Part shown: positions 1 through 12,176 of the stretch, in pieces
Layout: every line of letters starts with the position of its first letter
Numbering within the stretch: position 1 is the first letter of the stretch
Origin: Octopus vulgaris
Taxonomy: Eukaryota
Assembly: GCA_951406725.2 (NCBI GenBank)
Contig: OX597824.1
Span: forward strand, 21,576,001-21,640,000
DNA: 64,000 nt
Direction of reading: 5' to 3'
Made by a program: the position numbers and the translations under genes
Notes under the pieces: generated by a model
Told to the model about the DNA's origin: nothing
The model's database searches: none
Seen by the model: only the letters and a program-made list of their open reading frames with translations

Positions 1-557
1 AGTACCTGTGGAGATATAATTTTTCTGGGATTTGTTCAGTTGAATGGTAATTAAGTTGTAGAGTAGGTTGTGATGGAGAGGTGTTGTGGAGAAATTTTTC
101 ATTGATTAAATTTGGGGTTATGTTATTGTTCAGAATTTATTCATGCATGTACACCTTTGTAAACAGGTGTGTATATTTAGGGGTGTCAACTTCAGGTCAT
201 GAGATTGCTTTTTAGTGGTTCACAAAAAGGAAGCAGGTATGGTAGAGGAAGTTTTTTTGTCTGAAGATATGTCTTATTTTTAGTTATTATTGTGGTCTTA
301 TCAGATTCCATTCTTTGCTTTGGCAATGTAAAAGAATATATATTGTCCACTCAGCAAATGGACATTAAGCCACGTGTGCAATACAAGCACTGCCTGCTTA
401 GTTCAGATGTCACTTGGTTTAAACCACTTCCTTGTCCTTGAGTGCCTCTATTGGAGCCTGTTCTCTTGTAGGCATTTATGCCAGGTGTCCTGTGAGAGGA
501 TAACTTTCTCCTTTCCTCTTACCATTCCTTGAGAACTTGAGTCCTTGAAAACTGCCA

Positions 558-863
558 TCTCTATATATATAAACGGCAAAATGTATGTCTGTGTGTGTGT
601 CCTTTATACAAATCCACAATTTTTCAGTTAGAGGGCTCGTGCACATCTTTACATTTCCCCAGTCACCCCGCAAAGCCATTAAAAAATCAATAGAAGTAAC
701 TTTTTTGTGAATTTTCTATCCCAAACCCAATCAAAATGCCCGAAACTTGATACACCAATTGAATGCCAGCTAGCTGTATGTGATTGGTCAGAAATTTGGA
801 CAGTACTTGCATGTATGTGCACACGCCCGTAGCTGTATATGCATGCACTAGCACTAGTGCTAG
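558..863 (+). mobile_element. Non-autonomous Helitron-like element (internally deleted)
   Basis: Begins A|TCTCTATATATATAAA followed by a GTCT/GT-rich tract and ends CTAG|T with no TSD, matching Helitron termini; the 3' hairpin is not clear. Confidence 0.6.
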
Positions 864-1352
864 TTAGTACAATTTGTCCTCTTGTGACTTATTGAAAAAC
901 GTTTATGCAAAGTCTAGTTTGTCTTAATTGAACAGGGTTGACATATATTTTTTATAAGTGGAAGGCAGAACAATCAAGTTGATCATTGCCGAGATTTGAA
1001 TACAGATTGTAAAGGGACATAATTCATATAGTAATATGTTCAGCATGGCAGTTAATTATGTCCAGCATGTTGCTATCCCTATATCAACCAGATTTCAGAA
1101 AAGAAATCAAGAGTGAAGTGGCAGCCTTTGTCATTAACATCGGGAAGTTTTGAAAACTACTTTCCCAGTTTATTGTTTCCTAAAATATTTTATTTTATTT
1201 TAATTTATTTAATGCTTTCACCAAGGAAGCTTATTCAAACTGGTGACATTTTTTTACCTGATATTTAGTTGGAATCTAAAATGTACCTGTGGTTATTTCT
1301 ATCAAACCAGGAAATATTTATGCATTCAAATAAACATAACAGATTTGTGTAT

Positions 1353-1410
<58 letters not shown>

Positions 1411-1532
1411 TCTATTATTCATAAGATACATTGATGAGATGAGGCAGATTTAAGGCTCATGGTTATTTTGAGTGACCTAATGTGTATGTGTATAAATGTA
1501 TATCATATATCTGTCTGTCTGTCTATCTCTCA

Positions 1533-1596
<64 letters not shown>

Positions 1597-1790
1597 GTAT
1601 GTATGTATATATGTATATATTATATATATATATGTATATTTATATATATATATGTATATTTATATATATGTATATATATATATATATATGTATATGTATA
1701 TATATATATGTATATGTATGTATGTATGTATGTATGTGCGTGTGTATATATGTATGCATATATGTGAGTGAGTGAGTGTGTGCATGTGTT
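1353..1790. repeat. Compound microsatellite (CA)n/(CT)n/(TA)n/(TATG)n
   Basis: Directly visible. Similar tracts at about 4390-4575, 8055-8243, 21460-21870, 26670-26940, 35445-35690, 41630-41825, 45740-45965 and elsewhere explain most YIYI/HTHT ORFs. Confidence 0.95.
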
Positions 1791-2275
1791 ATTATAGAGC
1801 AATTTTTTTCAGCTGTGTATATTTTCCGCATACAATCACACACTCACACATGCACATGCACAAACACCCATTCACTGTCACACACACATACACACACACT
1901 CACGCATATGCACATTCTATGTTTAAGGCTTCTTAATTTGCAGATAATTGAATGCATTGATTTGCATTTCATAATTTATTTTAATTACTTTTTTACTGCA
2001 ATTTTTTTTTTTTATTTCCAAGATTTTCCATTTTCTCATTTGCTTTTGAAATATACACATATTTCTTCCATGCAAATATATTTTGTCTGCTTAGAAAGTC
2101 AAATAAATAAGTTTGTATAACTCTAGTAAATTTCAATTTTGATATCAAACAACAACAAAAAGACAGCATTAATTATAAGAAAAATAGATTAAATTGGAAA
2201 ATCTTAAATATTTAACATTTTGCATTCATTTGAGCAAAATTGAGAAAAACAGTAAAGTTTATTCGCCAACAGAAT

Positions 2276-2800
2276 GTTGTGGTCCTATAAAGGAAGGTGT
2301 CACTCTTGTTTAACCCCCAGGAAAACATCTTTTCCGGCTGGTTATTGATACAGTGTCTGTGTCCATATAGTGTTTGCAAGGGAAGTCATCGCTCTCATCT
2401 CCAGCCGGAAAACATGTTTTCCTGGGGCTTTAACAAGGGTAGCATCATTCTTTGTAGTGACGCCATCTTGGAAATCTCCAGCACGCATGCGCAGAGTTGG
2501 ATTCTTCTGGGAGGGCTGCCGGAAGTTCCCTCATGTGCATGCACAGAAAACTAGCAGCAGCAAATTTCCCTCGTATCGTTCTCTCGAGTGCCAGCAACTA
2601 AACAGGACAGTCGTGCTTTATCAGCTCTCTCAAGCTGCTACTTCATGGCATATCTCCGCTATGCTTGAACGGACAGGATTTGGCTCACTCCACTTGACTA
2701 CTGCGACGAGCTCCTAGGCTGCCGATTCGCCCTGAAAGAAGAATGTATATATTGCGAATCAAGAAATAAATATTTATACTGTTGAAATTAATCTACTTTT
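2276..2800 (+). repeat. Unclassified GC-richer repeat, possibly a solo-LTR-like element, with an internal hairpin
   Basis: Abrupt rise in GC, TGT start, 37-nt inverted repeat at 2305-2341/2401-2437 and AATAAA near 2765. No CA end or TSD found. Confidence 0.35.
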
Positions 2801-3173
2801 CCATGCTTGCATGGATCAGATGGATATTTTGGAGGCAGATCTTCCATTGATGGGTGCTCTTCTTATCATCAACCCTCATCTGTTTCCCAGTAAGGTTACA
2901 TTTCCCCATGACCAAACATATTTTTCACAGAACACTTGTATGTTGGTGATGTTCATTTACAACCATCATGCGATGCCAAGGTTACTATTGTCATTATTGT
3001 ATCGTGACAAAACCAAAAAAGGCACCAAAGCCATATTCACCTTCCTGAATCCTTTCTATTTGTGTGTTTTCTCTTTGAAAAAGATCACAAAGGCATAGAA
3101 TATAGAATTAATAATATTCACACTTAATATCAAGTTGTGAAAGCATTTGTAAGAACCCAATTACATTCTCTGT

Positions 3174-3425
3174 GGAGGCGCGTGGCTTAGTGGTCAGGGT
3201 GTCAGCATCATGATCATAAGATTGTGGTTTCGATTCCTGGACCGGGCGACACGTGTTCTTGAGCAAATCACTTCATTTCACGTTGCTCCAGTCCACTCAG
3301 CTGGCAAAAATGAGTAACGCTGCGATGGACTGGCATCCCATCCAGCTGGGGAACACATACGCCATTGAAACCAGGAAACCGGGCCCATGAGCCTGGCTAG
3401 GCTTTAAAAGGGCGCAAAAAAAAAA
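3174..3425 (+). mobile_element. tRNA-derived SINE (family B)
   Basis: A box GTGGCTTAGTGG, B box GGTTTCGATTCC, CORE-like GTTCTTGAGCAA segment and A tail. Confidence 0.85.
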
Positions 3426-3724
3426 ATCACATTCTCTAGAAGTACTTACCCAATACTTTCCTTCTGGATATTTAAATACAACTTCCAGTCTCTGCACCTG
3501 TATTAATAAGATATATGTATTTGATAATATATTTCTCTTACAAAATAATGCATATTTCGTACATCAGTGAGCAGCTGTGTGGTTTCATAATCTTCAAAAA
3601 ACCCTTAGTTATGAAATTTGTTATTGCTTATAATTTACTACCTTGGATTAAACTAATTTTGTAATTTGATTTTTAGTTATTTTGTACACATTATCAGTAA
3701 ATAGCATTCTCTCTTTATTGAAAA

Positions 3725-4118
3725 CTAGCAGTATCGCCCGGCATTGCTCGGGTTTGTTTCGACCTTTTATAATTGAAATTTTTGAAAAGTAAAAACTTTG
3801 CATTATGTAGCTTGTTATTCTCTTTAAGTGAACATTTTTCTGGTTGAAATACACCGAAAAATGGCAACACAGCAGTCAAAAAATTGTAAAAAAAAAGGGA
3901 TTTTCATAGAAAAAAAAGCACCTTTTTGATGTAAATAATTTTTGGTGTTAACATGGTCCGATTTGAATTTTATCTTCTATGGAAGGAAGAGCAAGCCTTC
4001 TTCTATCATACTCTCAGTTTTGATCACCTTGCGCTGCAGGGTCTTGGAGGAGACAGTGTTAGTTGAAGGCTACCAAACCTGCCACACACAGACAACTTCA
4101 GCTTTATATAGAGAGAGA
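3725..4118 (-). mobile_element. Non-autonomous Helitron
   Basis: On the minus strand: 5' TC..., 3' hairpin CCCGAGCAATGCCGGG followed by CTAG, inserted between A and T with no TSD. A second copy lies at 9969-10355. Confidence 0.85.
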
Positions 4119-4577
4119 TAACATTTTCAAAGAGAAACATTTATACTCTTTATCCGTCTGTGCGATAAATTATCACCTCGATAAATAGACTTAATCCCAT
4201 TATTAATATTGATGAATGTTAATCTTAATATTCATTAATTAAAACCTATTGAAATTTAGTAAAACATCACTGAGTTACATTTCCAAATAGTTTGAGTTAA
4301 AAACCTGTTCAGTTTATATTCAGACATTTAAAAAAAATAGTGATATTTAGGGTAAGGCTTTTCGTTATTTTCATTGCTGGCTACTCATACACACACACAC
4401 ACATAATATGTGTGTGTGTGTGTGTGTGTATATATATGATATAATATATGTATGTGTGGGTGTATACATATGTGTGAGTGTGGGTGTATATATATATAGA
4501 TATATATGTGCGTGAGTATGTGTATATATATATATATATGTATATGTATATATATATGTGTGTGTGTGTATATATAT

Positions 4578-4791
4578 AATACAAAATGGGACAAGAACGC
4601 AAAACAACCAAGTAGACGATGCAAAAAACATGGACGGGTCATTTGAAGCCTTTAATCTTCAGTCAAGAACCGGATCATCCTTGCAATTTCGGCTGCCAAT
4701 TCTTGACTGGAGATTAAAGGCTTTGAATGACCCGTCCGTGATTTTTGTATTGTCTAGTTGGATGTTTTGCGTTCTTGTCTCATTTTGTATT
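4578..4791. mobile_element. Fold-back insert in (TA)n, probably Penelope-like derived
   Basis: Arms of about 90 nt are inverted repeats; a single-arm copy of the same sequence lies at 20658-20800. Confidence 0.6.
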
Positions 4792-5142
4792 TTTATATAT
4801 ATATATATATATATGTATATTATATATATGTATATGCATATGTATGTATATATGGTCTGTGCTTTGTTGCTGATTTTTTTTTTGTGATTCTTAACCTGCC
4901 ACACGTACCCGCTCATCTCATTCATTTTCCTGCCTTATTTACTTTATTCTGAGAGACATGTGTTTGAGAAAAAGCTTCTTTTTGCACGATAGTTGTGGCC
5001 CAGTCACCTCTCCTGGTTCTAGACCCAAGGACAGTGCCTTAGGAAGGAATTACCTGAGATTGCATCTGTTTTTGATTTTCCTCCTTCTCTTTTTTTTTTT
5101 TCACCAAACTATGTTGATGGCATTATTTGTTTTCTAATCCAG

Positions 5143-5202
5143 ATGATGAAAGAAGCTAGAAGTTCGATCATGAGTGGTTCATCGACTTTAAAGCCAGGAG
5201 AG
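5143..5202 (+). CDS. Internal coding exon of an unidentified gene (MMKEARSSIMSGSSTLKPGE)
   Basis: Acceptor ttttctaatccag|, donor GAG|gtaaga, 60 nt; only frame 0 is open. Upstream exons lie outside the window. Confidence 0.7.
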
Positions 5203-5718
5203 GTAAGACAACCATGCATCGACTGCAGTGCACTGAACTGATTTGAATCAGTGTATTGCAGCCCATGCTGTAGTCACCTCAGATGTAGTCTTGGAGGCTA
5301 TTTTTGTTTATAATTGACTTTATCTTTCACTTTACTCCCAAATTTTTTTAATTCCACGCATGAATTTCGGACATAGAGTGGAAGTTCAATTATAAACAAC
5401 TGTTTTTCTCCCAAGACCCCTAATAGAATGTAGAATTTATTAGAACCACTTTCCCTTGAAACAGGTACTTCTGTTATTCCTTGAATGATGATGAAAAAAA
5501 AAAGATCAATAAGATGGTGGTATAAAGGTGTGTGTAGTTGGTACAAAATGTCTTTGCCTTTATTTGAAAGCTGCTGAGTAAAACCAATTGAAAATATTTA
5601 GTGATGTTTAATTGATGTTTATTAACGTCACTTGAATAATGTTTGGAAGAGTACTACACATATCGTTGTTTGGAATGGGAAATGAAACAAAATACAGATT
5701 TAAAATACATTTTTTTTT

Positions 5719-6490
5719 TAAATTAGAAAATGAATAACTAAATATATTAATAAATAAACCAAATTTTAAAAGCATTCAAAAACAGAAAATTATCCTCATC
5801 TTAACGATGTATTTTGCTTTTTTATAGTGTTGAGATTTTTAAAGATTATTTTCAAAATGGTTTTGAGAGGAAAATGTCCTATATTTTAAAAAATTAAAGA
5901 TTTTTAATGTTTCCATGACTATTTCTTATTTCAAATTTCCTTCTATCTACAAAAAAAATATAAGTGTAATTCAAAACACCCATTATAAAAATATTCTAAG
6001 TATATATTTTTGTCTTCTCCTCACACATAAACCCTATTAAGGTGTTCAAATATATTTTTGGTTGAAATATACCTTTATGTATTTTTAAAGGGCTCTAAAA
6101 TTTTCTAAATTAGAAAATGAATAACTAAATATATTAATAAATAAACCAAATTTTAAAAGCACTCAAAAACAGAAAATTATCCTCATCTTAACGATGTATT
6201 TTGCTTTTTTATAGTGTTGAGATTTTTAAAGATTATTTTCAAAATGGTTTTGAGATTAAAATGTCCTATATTTTAAAAAATTAAAGATTTTTAATGTTTC
6301 CATGACTATTTCTTATTTCAAATTTCATTCTATCTACAAAAAAAAATATAAGTGTAATTCAAAACACCCATCATAAAAATATTCTAAGTATATATTTTTG
6401 TCTTCTCCTCACACATAAACCCTATTAAGGTGTTCAAATATATTTTTGGTTGAAATATACCTTTATGTATTTTTAAAGGGCTCTTAAATT
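5719..6490. repeat. Near-identical tandem duplication, period about 387 bp
   Basis: Copies start at 5719 and 6106 and differ by only a few substitutions. Confidence 0.9.
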
Positions 6491-6842
6491 TATATAATTT
6501 CTTTAAACTTTTGAACTGTTCATTTCAGTGGACTTTCAGAGGTTTTTTCCAGGTTCAATCAAACCTGGGTTGTGTACCCAATTCAAAAATTTCCCTTTTA
6601 TTTCAATGCTAACCATTTTTTATCCAATTCATAATTATTCATCTGCTATGCCCTTTTCTTTGTATGCTGTGGCATTAATATCTACAAAGAAACTGAAGTG
6701 TACAGACAGCAATTTCAGCATCCCTTTGTTGCACAGATGCCCTCAGAATCTTAGTGTCCAGCGATCAAATTCGTTGTAGAATTTCTTCTGGTAATCTCAT
6801 CCTAATCTTTTGAAACATGCCAGAAAAAATATAGATAGATAA

Positions 6843-7269
6843 GTGCAGGTATGACTGCGTGGTTAGAAGTTTTCTTCCCAACCACATAGTTCTGGGTTAA
6901 GTCCTGCTATGTGGCATCTTGGGCAAGTATCTTCTACTAAAGCATCAGACTGACCAATGCCTTGTTAATGGATTTTGGTAGATGGAAACTGAAAGAAACC
7001 TGTCGTGTGTGTGTGTGTCTGCATGCATGTGTGTGTGTGTGCGCATGTGTGTGTGTGTCTTTGTGTCTGTGTTTATACCCTACCACTGCTTGGCAACTAG
7101 TGTTGGTGTGTTTACATCCCTGTGACTTAGCAATAGAATAAGTGCCAGGCTTAAAATAACCAATATTGGAGTTGATTAGTTCAACTAAAATAACTAAAAT
7201 TCCTCAAGGTGGTGCCCCAGCATGGCCTCAGTCTAATGACTGAAACGAGTAAAAGATAGAATAAAAGAT
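6843..7269 (+). mobile_element. tRNA/CORE-type SINE (family A), diverged
   Basis: Colinear with the intact copy at 19667-20066: CTTGGGCAAG core, internal GT tract, GACTGAAAC..GTAAAAGA tail. Confidence 0.85.
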
Positions 7270-8067
7270 GCTGAACTGTTGGATACAAATATGTCCGTCA
7301 ATCTAAGCCCCCCCTTTTTTGAGTTTCCATATTTATATTGTCCATACCGTCAACTTTGTTAGTCCACCTTACTGAACAGAGGTAGCTTCAACATGTCTTT
7401 AACAGGAATTTTAAAGAACTGGCATTGCCATCTTTGGTGTTGGCAACAACACAATGTTGTCTTGCAAAGATAAAATTTAATGGGAATTCTAATGCATTCT
7501 AAACGATTTCTGTTTCACAGTCTCTATATATTCTCATATGACATTTTATAAAAAAACATATTAAATTTTTTCTTTTTATGGTAATCAACATATCATGTTA
7601 ATTAAGTTTTCATGCATTTAGTTAACTAACTTTAATTAATATATTTAACATAACTAACTTTTATTAACATATTTAGCATAAATTTTACTAACATAATTCT
7701 TAAAATACAATCACCATTATTTCAGTTCAAATACATTAAAAATTTTCAATTTTTTTAAAAGCATTTCTAAATTCTAACATAATTTTTCAACCTAATAAAA
7801 GGGTTAAAATTCAGATATCTAACTTCATTTCTTTAAAAAAATTCAATTAGCATCATATTAAATACAGAAAATTAATAATAATTTTAAAAAATTTTAAAAA
7901 AGGCTTCTCATAGAACTAACAATGGTTGGTAAAAATTGTCTCACAATTCCTAGATTTCAACAAAGTATGGTCGAATCTGTACTTGTTTCCTTTCTCTTGG
8001 CATGAGCATGCACTGTTTGAGCCTCACCTCATGTAGAAATCTTCTCATTTGTTTTATATATACATAC

Positions 8068-8135
<68 letters not shown>

Positions 8136-8208
8136 ATATATATATGTATGTATATATATATACATGTGTGTGTATATGCATATATACATATGTATATATA
8201 TTATATCA

Positions 8209-8243
<35 letters not shown>

Positions 8244-8397
8244 TGAGTCAATGCACTTTGCACATTGGCAGCTGTAAGTATGCCGACTGTTAATTTATGC
8301 TGTAGTTGTTTATTTTGTTCTTATATATTCTTTGATTTTCTTTTTTTTTTATCATTAATTCTCCTTCTTAATTAATTTTTTTTTAAATCATTGGCAG

Positions 8398-8399
8398 AG
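8398..8399 (+). other. Candidate 2-nt microexon (AG) or recursive splice site
   Basis: About 90-nt U-rich AG-free zone, then ggcag|AG|gtaagt. Confidence 0.3.
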
Positions 8400-8710
8400 G
8401 TAAGTTCTTTCAGAACGAAAATCTTAGCTAGAAATTATTTCTCTAGAATTTTCTTTTCTTTTTTTTTTCTTTTTTTTTTACAAATTTTTTAAAAAGATTT
8501 TTCAAGCAAATATATATATATATATATATTTTTTTTTTTCAACAAAATACTATTTTTTGATTATGAACTTTCTTCTTTCAATATTTTTTTTGAATGATTT
8601 TCTAAAAAATATTTATTGAAAATTTTTAGATGATGATGATGATGTTGATGATTTCAGTGATTTTTCTGATAATAATTGTGATGGTACTGATAATTATTTC
8701 TTACATTCAG

Positions 8711-8757
8711 ATGAAACGAAAAAATGTTCAGCTGTGATGTTCGTGGCTTTCCTATTG
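8711..8757 (+). CDS. Candidate alternative exon giving C-terminus MKRKNVQL* (stop 8735-8737)
   Basis: Acceptor ttatttcttacattcag|, donor TTG|gtatga. The stop is 20 nt before the junction. An in-frame upstream acceptor at 8629 is also possible. Confidence 0.5.
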
Positions 8758-8854
8758 GTATGAGCAATGAAAATTAGAGAGTTCCACTGAAAAGTAAACA
8801 AGGGACATTACTGCTTAATAGCTTGTCAACATCTGTTGATTTCAAAAGATTAGA

Positions 8855-9143
8855 TTCTGTTGTGTCTGGGGAGAGTCATTCTCTTTTTGTGCCTTATAAT
8901 GTAACACACTCACTGGTAAAATTTCCACTTATTTCTTATTTTTATTTTTCTAAAATTTTCGCTGCGTAGGTTGCAAGACGCAACGAAAATTTTAGGAAAA
9001 TAAAAATAAGAAATAAGTGGAAATTTTACCGGTGAGTGTGTTACATTATAAGGCACCAAAAGAGAATGAATCTCTCCAAACACAACAGAATATGCTTCAA
9101 CACACGAACTCATATAAAGAATCTTGAAAACCAAATCCCAAAA
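8855..9143. mobile_element. Asymmetric fold-back retroelement with 12-bp TSD
   Basis: Inverted arms of about 112 nt plus about 55 nt of unpaired tail; CAAAAGATTAGA at 8843-8854 and 9144-9155. Confidence 0.75.
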
Positions 9144-9351
9144 CAAAAGATTAGAGAAATTTAGTCAAAACCTGCACCAAAATGATATCTCACCATATTT
9201 AATTATATCTTACTATGTTCTGGGTTTGATTTTGTTTTAATGTTTATTTTGACTTTGGTCAAAATTTGGTCACCTGTCATACCATAAAAATAATTCCTAA
9301 AAACACAGGCGGAAGCATGGCTGTGTGGTAAGAAGTTTGGTTGCCGACCAC

Positions 9352-9853
9352 ATAATAATATAATAATAATGAAATTATTGTATACAGTGCTCAGGTGCAC
9401 CACAACTTGTCAAAAGTGCGTATAAAGCATATGCAGTAATGTACAAATGTCTGGAAAGTGAACAGTGTATGAGTCAGATACATGCTTGTGTGTGTATGAA
9501 GGGGAGAAAATCAGATGTAGTGTTGGCAAATCTCAGGAAGCATGGAAGTTTTGAAGGATGCAGTGCTCCGACAACTAACAACTGATGCCGGCAGTTTGTT
9601 CCATGCTTCAGCAACTCTTAGCGTGAAAAAATGTTTCCGAAAGTCATAGGAGCTGTGCTATTTTCTGACTTTGTAAACATGTCCACGGGTGTTAGACAGG
9701 TGGAGTTTGAAAAGGTGCTCGGAGTTATTGTTAATAAGATGATTAATAATTTTATGGGTGTCTGCCAAGTCAGCTGCCAGACGTGGGAGTTTCAATGTAT
9801 CCATGCCCAGGGAAGTAAGGCGTTCAGAATATGGTAAAAGTCTGATGGAGAGT
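9352..9853 (-). mobile_element. CR1-clade LINE, 5'-truncated 3' end
   Basis: Minus-strand translation LPYSERLTSLG..DL..HKII..TRGHVYK..FFTLRVAEAWNKLPASVV..SFK (one in-frame stop), then 3' UTR and (ATT)n tail. Confidence 0.88.
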
Positions 9854-9968
9854 ATTCTCTTAATAGCTTGTTAACATCTGCTGATTTCTTACATTACCAA
9901 ACGATTAGAGAATTAAGTCAAAACCAACACCAAAAAGATATCTCTCTGTGTTTAATTATATCTTACTA

Positions 9969-11039
9969 CTAGTAGTATCACCTGGTGTTACTTGAGTTTG
10001 TTTCGACCCTTTAGAATTGGAATGTTTGAAAAGTAAAAATTTTGCATTATGCAACTTGTTATTCTCTTCAAGTGAACATTTTTCCAGTTGAAATACACCG
10101 GAAAATGGTGACACAGCAGTCAAAAATTGTAAAAAATAGGGATTTTCATAGAAAAAAAGCATCTTTTTTATGTAAATAATTTTTGGTGTTAACATGGTCC
10201 GATTTGAATTTTATCTTCTACAGAATGAAGAGCATACTCTTCTATCATACTCTCAATTTTGGTCAACTTGTGCTGTAGGGTCTCGAAGGAGATAGTGTTA
10301 GTTGAAGGCTACCAAACCTGCCACACACAGACAACTTCAGCTTTATATATATTGATTTGCTACACACTACTTTCCATCCTTAATAATGAAACTTGGTAGA
10401 TCCAAAAGTTAAACACACAGACACGCACAAAGATACACAGACAGGCACACAAGTTGAGTTTTATATATATAGATTTCTCAACGGGGATTTCAGGGGAGAG
10501 TTTCAGGGAGTCACTGGCAATGTATCGTGATGATCAAAAATCCAGCCTGCTAAAATTTGGTTAAAGTGATTCAAACTGCAGACTCAACGCAAAATGGTCA
10601 CATTTAATTCAAAGTGTTAAAAATGTTATGAAAACAATTGGTATGTGTTCACAAAGTCCAAACGATTAATACGAAAAAGCCCTCTAGGCTACATCCTGAA
10701 AATTCATTTCTTTGCCGAATTTCTACAATATTTATGGCGATTCGTTTTTATATCTTGATTTTTTATTTTTTATGCAATTTACGCATTCTTGCACGCGTGG
10801 TGGACACAGTTCACGTCAAACAGCTGACTGAGTAAAGTTCACTATTCAATGCATGAGATAAGGCCTAAACAAACACATTATGAACTTCAGAACAGAAATA
10901 GCGCAGTTCAATTTTCATTCGCCTAAACATTAAGTGACCCATTTTTGGTGGTTCTACAATTTGTTGGCTAGGAGGAGATGTGCCGGGAAGTTAAACACAC
11001 AGATTCACAAACACACAAGTTGAGTTTTATATATATAGA
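9969..11039 (-). mobile_element. Composite Helitron: one 3' end, three 5' ends
   Basis: CTAG end at 9969; 5'-end motifs near 10355, 10473 and 11039; the paralogous empty site is A9215|T9216. Confidence 0.8.
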
Positions 11040-11131
11040 TGTTCTGGGTTTGATATTGTATTAATGTTGATTTTGACTTTGGTCAAAATTTGGTCACCTG
11101 CCATGCCATAAAAATAATTCCTTGAAACACA

Positions 11132-11501
11132 GGCACAAGCATGGCTGTGTGGTAAGAAGTTTGCTTGCCGACCACATGGTTCTGGGTTCAGTCCCACTGC
11201 ATGACACCTTGGACAAGTGTCTTCTACTATAGCCTCAGGCTGACCAAAGCCTTGTGAGTGGATTTGGTAGACAGAAACTGAAAGAAGCTTGTCGTGTGTG
11301 TGTGTTTTTATGTCTGTGTTTGTCCCCCATCGTCACTTGCACTTGACAACTGGTGTTGGTGTGTTTATGTCCCCATAACTTAGCGGTTTCAGCAAAAGAG
11401 CCTGTTAGAATTAGTACCAGGCATAATAAAATTAAGTTCTGGGGGTCAATTCATTCAACTAAAAATTCTTCAAGCGGGTGCCCCAGCATGGCCTCAGTCT
11501 G
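11132..11501 (+). mobile_element. SINE family A
   Basis: Colinear with 19667-20066; the 3' end is clipped. Confidence 0.88.
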
Positions 11502-11780
11502 TAGCTGCGGGTGAAATACCACTAAGCATTTCATCCGGCATGCTAACAATTCTGCCAGCTCGCCACCTTAATAATAATAATAGTAATAATAATTTTGAAG
11601 GAAGGGGCTAGTCAATTATATTGACCCTCAGTACATGACTGATACTTAATTCATCAACCCTGAAAGGATGAAAGACAAGGTTGACCTTGACAGTTTTTGG
11701 ATATAGAATGTAAAGAACTGGAAGGAATACCACAAAGCATTTTTTCTTTCTCAGTGCTCTAACAATCTTGCATGCTAACT

Positions 11781-12176
11781 GGCGTAGGAGTGGCTGTGTG
11801 GTAAGTAGCTTGCTTACCAACCACATGATCCCAGGTTCAGTCCCACTGCATGGCACCTTGGGCAAGTGCCTTCTACTATAGCCTCGGGTTAAACCAAAGC
11901 CTTGTGAGTGGATTTGGTAGACGGAAACTGAAAGAAGCCCCGTCATATATGTATGTGTGTGTATATGTTTGTGTGTCTGTTTGTTCCCCCCAACATCACT
12001 TGACAACTGATGCTGGTGTGTTTACGTCTCCGGAACTTAGCGGTTCGGCATAAGAGACCAATAGAATAAGTATGAGGCGTACAAAGAATAAGTCCCGGGG
12101 TCGATTTGCTCGACTATAAAGGTGGTGCTCCAGCATGGCTGCAGTCAATTGACTGGAACAAAGTAAAAGAGAGAGA
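11781..12176 (+). mobile_element. SINE family A, full length
   Basis: GGCGTAGGAGTGGCTGTGTGG head through GTAAAAGAG tail. Confidence 0.9.
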
